Shown piece by piece: positions 11,101 through 23,660 of a DNA stretch of 64,000 bases (position 1 is its first letter; every line of letters begins with the position of its first letter). The stretch lies in assembly GCF_015852565.1 (NCBI RefSeq), contig NC_136205.1:3130707-3194706 (forward strand), given 5' to 3'. Under the pieces are notes generated by a model. It saw only the letters and a program-made list of their open reading frames with translations, ran no database searches and was not told the origin of the DNA. A program made the position numbers and the translations under genes. The DNA is from Branchiostoma floridae. Its lineage: Eukaryota.

Positions 11101-13056
11101 ATTTCAAGTCAATTCCTCTCGTATCAATGCCCAGCACAGTAGTGACTGAAGGACATGATATCAAACCTCATACAGATGGACAAGGTATTGATACTCCATA
11201 CACATTCACAGTAGTGACCTCTGACCTCCTGACCAAATTGTAGACCTGGATCGGATTTAAGGATTGTGATTTTGATTTGACAGCCGTTTCAATGTTTCAT
11301 TTGTATTTATAATTTTGTTCCGAAGTGTGATGTCTATTTATTTTCTTTGTAATATGCTTTTATTTCCTTGTATGTAAATACTGGGCCCTATTGAAAACCA
11401 GTTTCTCTAAACTGAATAGGCTATCCAGGCGTTTGAAAATGTGACACTGGCTTGCTGATACATGGTTGGAATGCCATTCCAATGCCATTCCAACATTGTC
11501 CCCTCACTGGAATTTCATCAATCTGTCCCAGGTTTCTAGGCCAAATACCTCTAGCCCCATGACCCACTTTCTTCCAGCGGCTGGAATTCCAGAAGCCCTG
11601 CCAACATTGGCTGCCTGCCTGGAATTCCAGACATTCCCATGGTCCAGCATTCGAGGTTTTGCACACAATAATATACCATTTGGCTCGCCTCGTGACAGCT
11701 AGTGGATGCTATACTGTATCGGTGACGGAGGAAAAAACCAGAGGGAGATTCTTGCATCGACTATTATTGCTGTGGGTGGCGAAGACATCTATTGTGTGGA
11801 CAGTTCAACCGTCAAGTTATCCAAATTACTGGGATATTGCTGAGTAGGACAGTCATGTGGATTTGGTGCAAGTAAGTTATTCAAGGAAATCTTAAAGTAC
11901 TGAAGTTTTGAAAACAGTTGGTTCTTTCTTAATTTTTTTTCTTCTCCACTATACTCCCCACAATAACCTTGTTGTGTGTATATTATAGAAGTAGGGGAAG
12001 TGCATTACTATTCATTGCTGATAGCTGATAGCAGTGCATTCCATTCCTGATGGCTGGTTCGTTACATGTACAAGGAATAGTACATTTCTCTTGGCTGTAG
12101 GTTTCAGTTACAGGTGCGCCACATTTTGCACTGGTCAAAAAACGCTACAACACCAACCGTCACCAGTCAATGTATTTTTTCCATTGCCAATCTTGTTATT
12201 TTTGGCGACAGGTTGGTTTCGCCGTGAGAGATAAACCTTGTAACTAAACGTATTTAAATATGCAGCGTAATTAAAAATATTGCATATATTTGTGACAAAA
12301 AATAGTATTGCAGAAGTTAAGTGTTATTTTGCATGCATGGGACACTTAAAAATATGCAGAGATGGCTTGGTTGTTAACTTATCGGAGTTCGGACCCCCTT
12401 TTTGTGTTAGAACGTTCCACTGAAACGCAAGTCAAAACCTGCCAATAGTTTCGCGCGCTGTCAAACTACAGTGCGGACTGCAGCTGCTGCCATTAAATGA
12501 AATATATGTCTGCACAGCTTTAATCACAGTTATATGGTTGTTAACAAGATCTTAACTTGCTTTTAATGGGTTCTCAGTAAAATGTACTATGACAACAGCC
12601 ATGCGCATTCACTTGGAACAGTTACCGGACATTGGATCCCCCCCGTTACCGTAGGAAAACGTCAGGTAAACCATCTCGAACATGACCTCACTTTCTACAA
12701 TTACAATCGCTACACACCTACTAAATACATGTATCATGAAAATCCATCCAGAGCTTTTCGAATTATGTAATCTACAAAGTATAGACAAACACAATGATAC
12801 AAAGCCAGCTGCAGTACCGCAGGAAAACGCCAGATAAACCATTTTCGACATTGACCTTGCTTCCCACAAGCGCTACGCACTTGCCAAATATCACGATGAT
12901 CCATCCATAGCTTCTTGATCATGACATACAGACCCACTACACCATGGCGCAGCTGAAAACATAACCTTCTTTAACCTTCTTGACGAAGTTAAAAAAAAAA
13001 ACACAAGAATAACATGCCATATTTCAACCAAAGCTGAGAATACAGTGACAAAATTA

Positions 13057-13180
13057 CCTTTCACATGAACGACCTTAAGCGCAGCTGCAAAGTAGCGTTC
13101 TGCCGTATCCAGATCCCCTGTCTGCAGGGCCCTGCAGCCCTCCTGTAGGTGTTCTATGTAGTCACTGTAGCGGTGTAACA
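13057..13180 (-). CDS. Candidate short exon encoding a further copy of the same L..GDLD.AE..FAAALKV module. It ends in a donor, AAAG|GTAATT.
   Basis: The minus-strand translation [38 protein letters not shown] is followed by gtaatttt. The phase-1 end is compatible with the phase-1 acceptor at 5184, but the linkage is not proven. Confidence 0.25.
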
Positions 13181-14494
13181 ATTAGATGTTTGTATATTAC
13201 ACATATGCTTTGAAGTGAAAACTTGATGAAGGATTATATCAACATTGGCAGGGTTTCATATATTTACATCATTGTTTTACAACATTATGAGTGCCTTAAT
13301 CTATAGTTGTCCTTGGTAAATTCTTTTCACGGAAAAAGAAGTTGAAGACCTCATACCTCCGTCAAGTATTAATTTTTTTGTAAATCTATGTTTTGTGATC
13401 ATGCAAAAATGGGCCCTGGTTAGCTATAGCATACTCCTCTATGTCCATTGATGAGCGCCAACACCTAAATCACATGTCACTAGGGTGTAAGAATCAAGAC
13501 TACTTGATAGCCTCTACTCATTTGTTATGCAAATGACGTCCAAATATATATACCATTTATGCATGATTATAGCAACCTTTGATTAGCTAACATACCGTCC
13601 TTTCCATTATTTACCAAGGCATAGTAGCGCGTTCCTATCATTAGTAATGTTCTGCCCACCCTACGCACTATGTATGAAACTCCTATTCGAATGCCAGAGC
13701 TGTTAACTTTGGTCTTTAGATAAACCCATTTAATCCCTCATTTGCATAATTGATTATGAGCTATCATAAAAACCACTTGTTCTGTTAAGTGTTTCTGAAA
13801 AACGCCTCTGCAGTTCCATGTTTGCGAAAACGCCCATGTAATTCTCAATACCTGTCAGTCTGAGGTGAGACCATTTTGACCTTCTGTTCGATGTAAACTT
13901 CGTGTTAGTCTACGGTTACACCATTTTACATTTCATATACTCTTTCATTTGGTAACATACAGGTAAAGAAACATACAAACACATAGAATACAAAACACGT
14001 CTACTAACTTGTTAGTGTCTTCCTGTGGTTTGTGATCCTTCCGTCCCCTCACGTCTTGTCGCTGCGTACGTGTTGACATCTACAAGAAGCGATAAGACGT
14101 CATGAATGATTAACAGGTGGGCAGTAATAGTTGTATTATGTAACGCACTATTGAACTTTGGCGAGTGGTCAAATGACCTGATATGACTCATGGAAGGCCG
14201 ACTCAAAAATGTTCGCTTATGGACTCTATTCAAAGCATATTTTGCTCTTTGAACAAGATCTTCGTCTACGCACACAGACAAAAATAGTGATGTGTACGTA
14301 GACGAAGATTAAGAAATTCCTTAGGTATTGTGTCCCTCAAACCATACATGAACCCCGCCCATAATTTTTCTAACCGAAGTAGGAAATAGCAATTAGGTAC
14401 ATAAATGAAGAAATTGATATCATCCTTTCATTGGAAATCGTCCTTGAGTTATAGCAATAATCGTATTTCAAGATTCTCTTTTCCTTATGCAAAA

Positions 14495-15217
14495 TTAATA
14501 TAAAAGATCACTCACACTCGTCTTTGTTGCGGCGATATCTTGCCTGATTTTTGCGGTGTGCAGTAAGCGGTGAACTATGACAACTGTTCCGTCGTTACAC
14601 CGTGTCAGTGCCGTGTTGTACAGAGCAGTAGCTCTGGTCAAGTCTCTAGTGTCTCTAGTTTCTGTTCCTCTTTTCAGGTACACGTCGCCTAGACTTTTGA
14701 TCGCTTCAGTTTCTAACATGTTGTTCTTGTTTACTATTCCCTCTACCATTAACTGTGCACATCCAACCAGCACAGAATCTGTATTACCAGAGGTAGCCTG
14801 TTTCCTGTCCACATCTTGAAACTTCACTGCCACCTTTGCAGGTGAAATCGTTTCGTTGTACATTTCTTTCGTTGACTGTTCATTACCATGTGGCCTTTTT
14901 GACGACACCCCTCGTAGAAGTCTCTCCGTGTATTCGCATCGGTGTTTTATACTTTCTCCCTGATCTTCATGGTCACACCTAAACAGGGCAGCAAAGAAAA
15001 GCGACAATGCCCAGTTTAACTTCCCTGCGTCCTTTTCGAGTCTTCCTTTCTCCAAGTCCACGTCGCCCAGACTTTTGAGCAGCTCCACTTCCGCCAGCCT
15101 ATCCATGTCAGCCATGGCGTCCACCAGGGCATGGAGGTAGCCTGTCTCCGCATGGGCTAGTCCGTACTTCCTGCCCTTCGCGTCCGCCTCACGGAGTTTC
15201 TCACAGACCCTCAACAT
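14495..15217 (-). CDS. Possible coding exon (240-aa ORF) that is paralogous to the N-terminal alpha-helical module of the NTase-TPR protein. It could be a 5' exon of the same gene or a separate family member.
   Basis: Two internal segments, EAIKSLGDVYLKRGTETRDTRDLTRATALYNTALTRC and ELLKSLGDVDLEKGRLEKDAGKLNWALSLFFAALFRC, match [36 protein letters not shown] at the start of the 1196-aa ORF. The ATG at 15217 has a GCCATGT context and is preceded by an in-frame stop. A GTGAGT donor motif lies near the 3' end, around 14510. Confidence 0.4.
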   Translation of the reverse strand: MLRVCEKLREADAKGRKYGLAHAETGYLHALVDAMADMDRLAEVELLKSLGDVDLEKGRLEKDAGKLNWALSLFFAALFRCDHEDQGESIKHRCEYTERLLRGVSSKRPHGNEQSTKEMYNETISPAKVAVKFQDVDRKQATSGNTDSVLVGCAQLMVEGIVNKNNMLETEAIKSLGDVYLKRGTETRDTRDLTRATALYNTALTRCNDGTVVIVHRLLHTAKIRQDIAATKTSVSDLLY

Positions 15218-18200
15218 GGCGGACTTCTGCTAAGAGAATGGTTGCAAAACAAATGACCGTTAGTGCACGTGGTCTCCGTGCTAGCTTTATGACTTGAACA
15301 AAGGTTTGAAACAGAAGTAAAAACAGAAGAACATGCAGCCGTGTATTAGAACTGGAAGGATGTCCGTATTTACTATATATATTTACGAACAACCTTCCAG
15401 GTCTATTAATGACGAGCCTAATGGTAAACTATCGTATGCGAGTAGCTTCACACAAGGCGCTAGAGGGAAAACATTCTGCATTTTTGCAGATCGAGATGTT
15501 GCCTTTCTAGTTATATCGGTATCTATATATCTATGTATATACTATGTATACCTATATAGCACCTACGAATGAATGGCCTTGCAATTATATCATGTATGCA
15601 TCAATTACATTTATTCACGGTCAGTCAAACACGTACTGATCATGTCAATATTATCTGTATATCAAATGCTAAGGAGGTGCACTTGGTGACCCCTGCTGAC
15701 CCAAATGCGCTATGCTTTTCTCATACTATACTACTTGTGTTGTTTAGCCAACTCACCCATTGAAGCAGATAAATTTCCATACAGTTTCTTGCTTGTATCA
15801 AAACTCATGGATTTGTGTATATGTATCACCAACAAAAGCATAAGAAAGAGCAAGGCACATTCCCACACAGGGGCCCGGCCGGGCAGCTTTGGGGAACGAA
15901 AAGTATGATATAAAGACACCAAACTATATACAAGATGTGAAGAGAAGAATAAGTCCCGGCCATCATTTGTGAATGATTTTACGTATACATTCTTATTTTT
16001 CGTTTCCACAAACAGCCAGGCCGGGTCCCGGTTTGTAAATGTGACGTCAGCCTAAACTGCATGGGCTGTCTTGGCCTGATATCACCTGGCATTTTCTGTC
16101 ATAATGTACTTAGTCCACGTATCCTGTGCCAAAATTAGACGATTTGATACTACAATATATTTTGAATGTTATCAGCATCTAGACCAACACAAATTGTCCT
16201 ACCTTCTTGGGTGTCACCTGTGCCCCGTGTCTTCTTGAGAAAAAACGGTCTCTTGGACCGGAATTTTAAGGTCCAAACACGAAAGCTCAACTGCGAAGTT
16301 CAGTACACCCCTCCTCTTCCGTTGTCCAATCTGTTACCTGGCTACATGGATGACCTTTGACTTTTGTTGACGTCATTGCATTCATTACGGGTCACGCGAC
16401 AAGCAGGGGACAGGTATCAAAGTTCCACCTGCGTGTTTTTGTTCCGTCAGGTGTATTTACCTTGGCGGTATCGGTGGTTTCTAAGAAGGCCAATTTTTAC
16501 CTGGCCGAGAAAGGTGGCTACAACACTTGACTTTCAATTGTAAACGTTACCCGTCAACCGATCTCATATCATCTGTACGCACCTGCTACATGTCGGGCCA
16601 GTACAATGGGAGTTAGTATGAGTGTGCTAGCTATATAGTTGGTAATGTTACATCTAATTTGCACAATCAATAAGAAACAAGTATAATTACGTAGATGGTA
16701 TATTACGCTGTTGAATCTATCGTACACATTTTAAAGCAAGGTTTCTCTTTATTGCATTATATTGCTCTGAAAATATGTTTCCTATCTCAGACAGCAAACT
16801 CTATTGTAGCCATTGAGGCCGGTAAATAAGACAAGTGACTTTCTTGATTGGTGGCATTCAGCTGTAAGTTGCTTTGTATCCAACCAGTCATGATATGGTG
16901 CGCAAAATGTTTGGATAAAATACTTGAGAATGCGAACAGTTAAGTTAAGTTAAGTAGCGTTACCTGATGTTCACACTTACAAAAGAATAACACACTCGAA
17001 CAAAAGATTACTCACCTGACACCTGGCTCCCTACATAATGAAAAATGTGTTCCTCAAGGGTTCAAGGAAAACAAAAACATAAGTCACGTCATATCACATG
17101 TCTTGACAAACACTGGTGGTGTTGTGTGCGGGTCTCGATTATGCGTTTACACTGAAAGCTAGAGTTCCATGATCTCAAACCTTCTCGAGTATTACAAATG
17201 ATTGTCATTGGTTATGCAAATGAGGTCTTTATTCACATGATGATGCAGATAAAGTCTTTATGTTCCTGTTATATTAGCTGTATTTGCTTCCATGGGAATA
17301 ACACAAGAAGAATGACAGTCTCATAAAAGCAACGAAGCCTATTGTAGCATTCACTCATCAATTGCGTCAATAAGGCCATGATTTGCATCATTCATGTCTA
17401 ATGGTGGTCAGGTTTTATTGAAGCCCTAATGCTAACTAGGAAATTCGGGTAATTTACCGTCTATGAAATTATACTTTTTTTCTTACTGATTATGAAAATT
17501 GGTTCTTCTCTTTCTCAGTTACATATCACACATGGTTGAATAGTACTGCAATTTGATTTGTAAACTTTCCTCACGTATTCCGAAAATTAGATCCTAATTT
17601 GCCATTATATTCATTTAGTTATGCCAATTATCCCTGAAGCTACATACATACCAGATAGGACGACGCATCAGTCCCTTATGGAATCATTTTTCTTTCACGA
17701 TTTTCACCAAAAAAAAAACGCTTCCGAACAAAAGACGTCAAATATTTTCATCTTGATTTATTTCAACATTCTATAGAATTGCTGTGACTATGATACACGT
17801 ATTTACATGTTAATCTATGGAAAACGCTAGAAATAAATTGTGCCGGAAACAAACATCAGCTCTATAAAACGTGATATAAAAAGCTTGATCTCTCTTTTAC
17901 TTTTTACGTTCTAGACCAGTACCTATGTCGGCCCGTTGAAAAGGATCACCAGGTTACAGCATGAGTAAACAAATTTTTGTCTTATTTCCTTTGTGGTAGT
18001 ATCTAGATGGTAATTACACAGGATATTGGTTCTTGTGTGTTACATAGAACTACATGTACAGCAAGAATTATGATAGAAAAATAGTCGTGGCAGACAGGCG
18101 AATATTTACAGCAATTTGCCTTTAAAAATCTATATGTGCACAAATAAAATAAAAACAGTTTCTCCATGGCGTTACAAAGACACAATCATCTGAAACTTAT

Positions 18201-19621
18201 ATGAGATATAAAAGTAAGATCCGTAAGAGCAAACTTTTTGCCTTACATATTTCATATATTGATACCATGTACAATCATTATGGGTCAATTGCTACTGTAA
18301 CAATAGTATTACATAAAAAATCAAATTAAAGCATTTGTAGTGGAATTACCGTGAATGCTAAGTTTACTGCTTTATTTTATAAGCTACAAAAGTTATGACT
18401 CGAAACGCAAGATCATATTCCCATTTACACTATAATATCCACTTTAATATATACAGTGTATCACTAATATACTACAACAAACATCTCTAGTTCTAAAAGT
18501 CTCGTTTGGCCCCATATAAGAATCAACTAAAATTTATTAATTTTACGCTTTGGACAAACAATGACAATGTGGCACTACACTCAAGTTGACAACTTATTTT
18601 AACAGTGCCACTAAAATGTACAATGTACAAAGAACAACATTCTTGATAAGGTAAAAGCTAGACGCATAGCCTTATTGAGGCCCCTCCTTTTTCTTTTTTA
18701 CTTCTTTTTCTTAACATTCATGTGATTGATATGAAACCCTAAGATCAATTTTAAGAACAACATAAGAAACCTGCCTTTTTGCAAATCTCGCGTCACATCG
18801 CAGCTATCACGTGCCGATTGTCTCGTGAGTTGAAGAAGACAGCGAGAATAAAATATTCGTGCTTTATTGAATGATGTAAGATGTTACAAAGCAGCTACAT
18901 AACCTTATTTATCTTTGGAACAATAGCCCATCAACATTTTTGCGTTATCTTTATACTATGATTTTTTATTTTTTATTTAGGCCACAGCAAGTAAATTTTA
19001 TGGATGACATCCGCGCGCTCATTAATTTTCGCCTGATTTCAGAAAAAAAAACAAGAATTTTTTTCTTCTCCAGTGAAGGCCTAATAGATGAAAATGGGTA
19101 AAGGTTGTGTTGTAACCTAATCATTGAATGTTGAATTGACACTAGAGACTCTGTAGCATTGACTGCAGTTGCAGAGGTGCAACTTGATAGATAGTTGTAA
19201 ACTATGGAAGCTATCAGTGTAGTTGCCACCATGGTTAATGATACCAGTCTACCACACTAGTGTCACTTTAACTACACTGGTGCACTTCTTAAATACAGGA
19301 ATGAATGCCTTGTTGGCTGTGATGCCATATTTTGTCACTTCAACTTAGTTCAAGTCTTATTACAACGTCTATTTTGAAAAATTGCCATCTTGTTTTTTTA
19401 CCCATCTTGTTTTTTTTCTCATTATTTTTGCAGTCTTCAGAGGATGTCATCCATAAAATTTACTTGCTATGGCCTTATTGATCTTATGGGGTGGTCCCTT
19501 CAGTCAGCAGACTGATTTCCAAGGGAGCCCTGTATAATGTCACAGTGATTCTCTTTCTAAACTCTACGCATTTCAAAAATTCAATAAAAGTCTGACGATC
19601 GAGGCTAAGTGCAAGGTTACG

Positions 19622-19918
19622 TCATCAGGGCAGGTCGTGAGCAGGCGGCGGTGGCGGCCAGCTTTCCCTCAGCCCCTGCAGGAAATGTAGACTGCTCTCG
19701 TACTCATTTCCGCCAGGCGGCGTTCCTGAACCGTCGTCGCTGCTCGGCGACTCGTAGAACGCGTTGGGGGAGGGCGTGGGGATTTCGTAGACGTTTTCTG
19801 ACGAGTGCGCGAAGGGACGAGCGCGCGTGCGCGCTTCTAAGCCCAGGGTGGTGTTCTTGTTCTCAAAGACGACATCTGGCATCTCGACAACCTGTTGTCT
19901 GTTGTTCTGTTGTTTCCT
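19622..19918 (-). CDS. Terminal exon encoding the cytoplasmic tail (KQQNNRQQVVEMPDVVFENKNTT...ENVYEIP...NEYESS...WPPPPPAHDLP*), including the TGA stop.
   Basis: The acceptor is tacaaatag|G, with AG+G=Arg completing the TKR stop-transfer. The ORF runs to a stop at 19622-19624. The tail contains tyrosine motifs (NVYEI, NEYE) and a PPPPP run. Confidence 0.6.
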
Positions 19919-20497
19919 ATTTGTAAAAAAAACGAAATAAAATGACAATGATCGTTATTGCGCAATAACAAAATCTTTATTGCATGTACATGTCCAACAT
20001 AGGTTAAATGCATTTTTTCAGGTATCTCCTCCTGGACTATGTAACTCAAGTAGCAGTCTTAAGAGGTTATGTTATGATCTAATCTTATTCTCTTTCTTCT
20101 TCTTAAAACGGTCGGAGAAATTTACATTCTCTCTATTACATTTCAGATTTTAGATGGCATCATTGACTAAACGTGAACATTTTATGGTTTGCGCATATCC
20201 GTGGATATATAATAAAATAAAGTCAAGTAATATGAAATATAACTAAAATGCAAGTTAACGCTCTGAACGTCTGTCCAGCTTCCACAGGACAATTGCACTC
20301 ACGTGACTCGACCGCCATATTGGATGATTAAACTTGGATGTTGTCATGTGGCGATCACGTGAACAACACATGCATAAATCCGCAAATCTACAGGTTTCAC
20401 TCCTTCAGATTTACATAACTAGTTTCGTGGATGTGACGTCATTTGCAAGACGCTGACAGAACAACAACAACAACAGTTAACAAAAACTAAGACGCAC

Positions 20498-20594
20498 CTT
20501 TTGGTGAGAACGACAGCCAGCATTATTGTACAGAGTACAAGCACTACTACGCCTGCGCCAACTGCTATCCCAATGATCAGCACCCAGTTGGTAT
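20498..20594 (-). CDS. Exon encoding a single-pass transmembrane helix (DTNWVLIIGIAVGAGVVVLVLCTIMLAVVLTKR).
   Basis: A 23-residue hydrophobic stretch is followed by K R. The acceptor is ttttgcag|AT, with G+AT=Asp continuing from the CUB exon, and the donor is AAAAG|GTGCGT. Confidence 0.7.
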
Positions 20595-21937
20595 CTGCAA
20601 AATGAAAAAAAAGAAGATTTAGCCACTCTCTCATCGGCAAAACTGTTGATTGTCGTGCTATCATTGGTTAGTTTGAACTTAGTCTGTTAATAGTAAAAGA
20701 CAGTCTTGAAGAACCAAATTTGACACAAATGTTGTCAAACACGTCTGAGGAAAAATTAGATATAGAGACATGTCTATATCTGTCCATGAGCATTTGGGCG
20801 CATTTTGAATTTAGAGTTCCCACGAAATGGAATACCCATTTTGGTGATTTTCTTACAAGGGATAGACTGAAAACTTAACATCGCCGGTCCTCTTTAAAAC
20901 TTACAGGCTGTCGGGTAGAGCCAGTAACTACAACCACAAAATTATTTTCTTTTCAATTTTTGGCTTTAATAGAAAACTATGAGTTAAAAGATTAAACAAT
21001 AACATACTGAAATCCTGGTGAGTGTGCGGTTCTATGAGGAGATCGTCCTTCGGTGGCCAGCACGCTTCCCGCCATTCAGCTGACTCGTTATACACAGTGG
21101 TCCGGTTAAGAGCTGTGTGTGACAAACATTTAACATTGTAACAGCTGAACGTTTGTTAAAATAATAACACAACACATTTTCCTACGCAAAGCTCCCCATA
21201 ACCTATATAATATCCAGTGGGGATGTCCTGCAAACCGGGCTGAGGTTTCAACTTTTGTGGTGTGGCCTCTTATAACCAACTGTCAGCCAAACATAAAATT
21301 GGCTGCATGACTTCTCTGTAAGTAAAACCAATTATCTGATTGGCTGACGGATGGTAATAACGGTCACGGCCACAAAAGTGGAAACCTCAGCCCAGTTTAG
21401 TATGGCAATTCATGAAAGAAACATGCAATAACCAAAAGCTAGCTGTACTTGTTGAAGTTTGACAAGTTTTGACAAGTTTTATTGCAACATGTACGACATA
21501 GCAGCTGATAGCTGAATTGCGTCGACATTCACATAATACAAACAGCTGTAGTAAAAAGAAAGGGCACACTATTAAAAACTTTACATAATGTCCTACAAGC
21601 AATTCTTTACTAGAATATTGTAGGGTATTCGTCTTAAAATTTATAATAAGTATAAAATATCAAGTTGCCATACAAACGCTGTATCATTACTGAGTAATAA
21701 ACATATCAGAAGCGGTTTCTAATGAGTAATTACTTATTCAGTAAATATACCAGGTATGGTATCGGTGAGTTCTTATGTCTGTTCGGCAAAATGGAATGTC
21801 TAGTTTCTCAGAACTGCGAGTGGTACGTCCCATCGTTTGCTGTCTGGATGGGGGGAGCCAGTCCCGGAAGTTACAGACTCTTCAATGAAGTATTCACATA
21901 GAACGACCTTTGAAATGGGACATGACCTTCAACTGAC

Positions 21938-22261
21938 CTTGATATGTCATGACGAATCCACGCCCCGTCTTACTTGACGCAGACCGGAAAGAGATATGTA
22001 GCGTTTCGGCACAGGTGATCCCGACATCCGGTATGACGTCACCCGTGAAGGTGGTCCTGAACGCAGCGGCTGGATCCTCCATGGCGATGACGTCACCATC
22101 CGACAGTTGGAGCATGGTGAAGTCTAGATCGATCACGTGATATTCGGGCACCGTGATTGTCCACGTGCATGTCACGTGTTTGGTGTAGTTGCCAGGGAAA
22201 CCAGGAGAGTAGATGAAGCCGTCTGAGTCTGTCAAGTTCCCGCCACACGCCCCCATAGTAG
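21938..22261 (-). CDS. Exon encoding a CUB domain (CGGNLTDSDGFIYSPGFPGNYTKHVTCTWTITVPEYHVIDLDFTMLQLSDGDVIAMEDP...GFVMTYQ). It is phase 1/1.
   Basis: The CUB hallmarks are present (CGG.lt...G.i.SPgyP..Y.....C.W.I.vp.g..i.L.F..f.le....C..D.v.i.DG). The acceptor is ctccag|CT, with G+CT=Ala, and the donor is CAAG|GTCAGT. Confidence 0.85.
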
Positions 22262-22760
22262 CTGGAGTATGCAAATTATATGCAAATAATATGTAAATAA
22301 AACGTACGTATTTGTGTATTCCAGATCATACATACATTTTGCATAAAACAGATCGGAGGTACTACGTGGACTAAGTAATCCGCGACTAAGTAATCAACTT
22401 TATGGATGAAAGTTGCCCACATTGTAGCTGCAAATATAGCATGCAAATCATATGCAAATATCAGTATAGTATGCAAATCACGTGTATGTAAATGTCATAC
22501 AAAATTTTGCATAATACAAACGTCGATCTATTATGCTGGGTCCACAACTTGGCGGGTGTTTGCGGGAACGGAAATGATAATTGGAAGACCACAAAACTTG
22601 GAAAAAATAGCCATGGCATCTCTTGACATTTTGAACATTTTGTTCCCGCAAACAACCCTGTAGGGCTCGAGCTCGGTTAAAAAATGTGGCTACTTCCAGT
22701 ATAAATAAAGGTCATTGATTGATTGATTGATCTAGAACTATGTTTAAAAGCGCCCCCTAC

Positions 22761-23063
22761 CGTCGTATATGGTAAGTCTGTTGCTATTCTCTAGGTAGCC
22801 GCTCCCGCAGACTTGGTCCGGGTCGCCCGCACACTGGTCCTGGCACTCTCGGTCCTTCCGTCGGTTCCCCAGCCGAGTAAAATGCTCGTCCTGTCCGCAG
22901 AAGCACTCCGTTCCTCGCTGGGCCCCGGCGTACTTGTACCCAAGGCCTCGGCAATGTTCGGTACACATCTGAATGGTCATCGCGAATGTCCGGAGGTACT
23001 CGTGATAGAAGACTCGGTCGTCGGGGAGAAGGAAGTCTCGGTAGCAACCAAGATATCCGGGTA
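22761..23063 (-). CDS. Exon encoding a WSC domain (PGYLGCYRD...MTIQMCTEHCRGLGYKYAGAQRGTECFCGQ...CQDQCAGDPDQVCGSGYLENSNRLTIYD). It is a symmetric phase 1/1 exon.
   Basis: The WSC consensus is present (GCY.D...R.L......MT.E.C...C...GY.YAG.Q.G.EC.CG....C...C.GD..Q.CGg.....Y). The acceptor is tttttcag|TA and the donor is GACG|GTAGGG. The phase joins to the previous exon as G+TA=Val. Confidence 0.8.
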
Positions 23064-23464
23064 CTGAAAAAGAGCACAAGAATGTGTTGCTATTGCTCAT
23101 GAATGTAATGTTTATTACTGGCATATCGTGTCCTCCAGTAGATATCTATACGTTAATGTTAAATATATCTTCAAATCGATATATAATGCGGATTTCCTGC
23201 GTACTTGATTGCTGCTTCTCGCCGCTATATGTAACGGATGTAGGTGGCGCTTTTGTGGCTATCACAATCCCAAACGTGGCTAAGTTTGTATCCCCCTCGT
23301 CTCGGTTCATCACTGGAGTTACCTCCTAGATCCACCGGGTCAAAAAAGGAAACTCCAATATACCAACCTGATGAAATTATCTTTGCATCTTCAAAACTCT
23401 TGTTAAAATTTAGACAAATATAATTTTATTATCTCGTCATCATGCGTGTTATTTCTGAACTTAC

Positions 23465-23660
23465 CGTGACAGATAACTCCTGCGTCCTGGCTGTGATCAC
23501 AGAAGTTAGTCTCCCACCCCCCGTGCGCGCACGCCCCCAGGTTGTCCTCGGACCCATCACACCGCAGCTCGCTCAGCCAGATCCGCCCGGCCCCGTGACT
23601 GAACCTCCCGCCGCCGTGAGCCCACGCCGCCCCCGGGAAACCCAGCTGCCGGCACGCCAC
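23465..23660 (-). CDS. Exon encoding the C-terminal half of the SRCR domain (VACRQLGFPGAAWAHGGGRFSHGAGRIWLSELRCDGSEDNLGACAHGGWETNFCDHSQDAGVICH).
   Basis: The motifs CRQLGF, IWLdelrC.G.E..L..C.H.GWg.hnC.H.qDAGViC are present. The acceptor is tttctag|GTG and the donor is CACG|GTAAGT, leaving phase 1. Confidence 0.8.

Noticed and set aside
19609-19926. Plus-strand 105-aa Arg/Ala-rich ORF.
   Set aside because: It is the antisense of the cytoplasmic-tail exon of the SRCR-WSC-CUB gene. It is GC-rich and open by chance, and the sense-strand exon has consistent splice phases.
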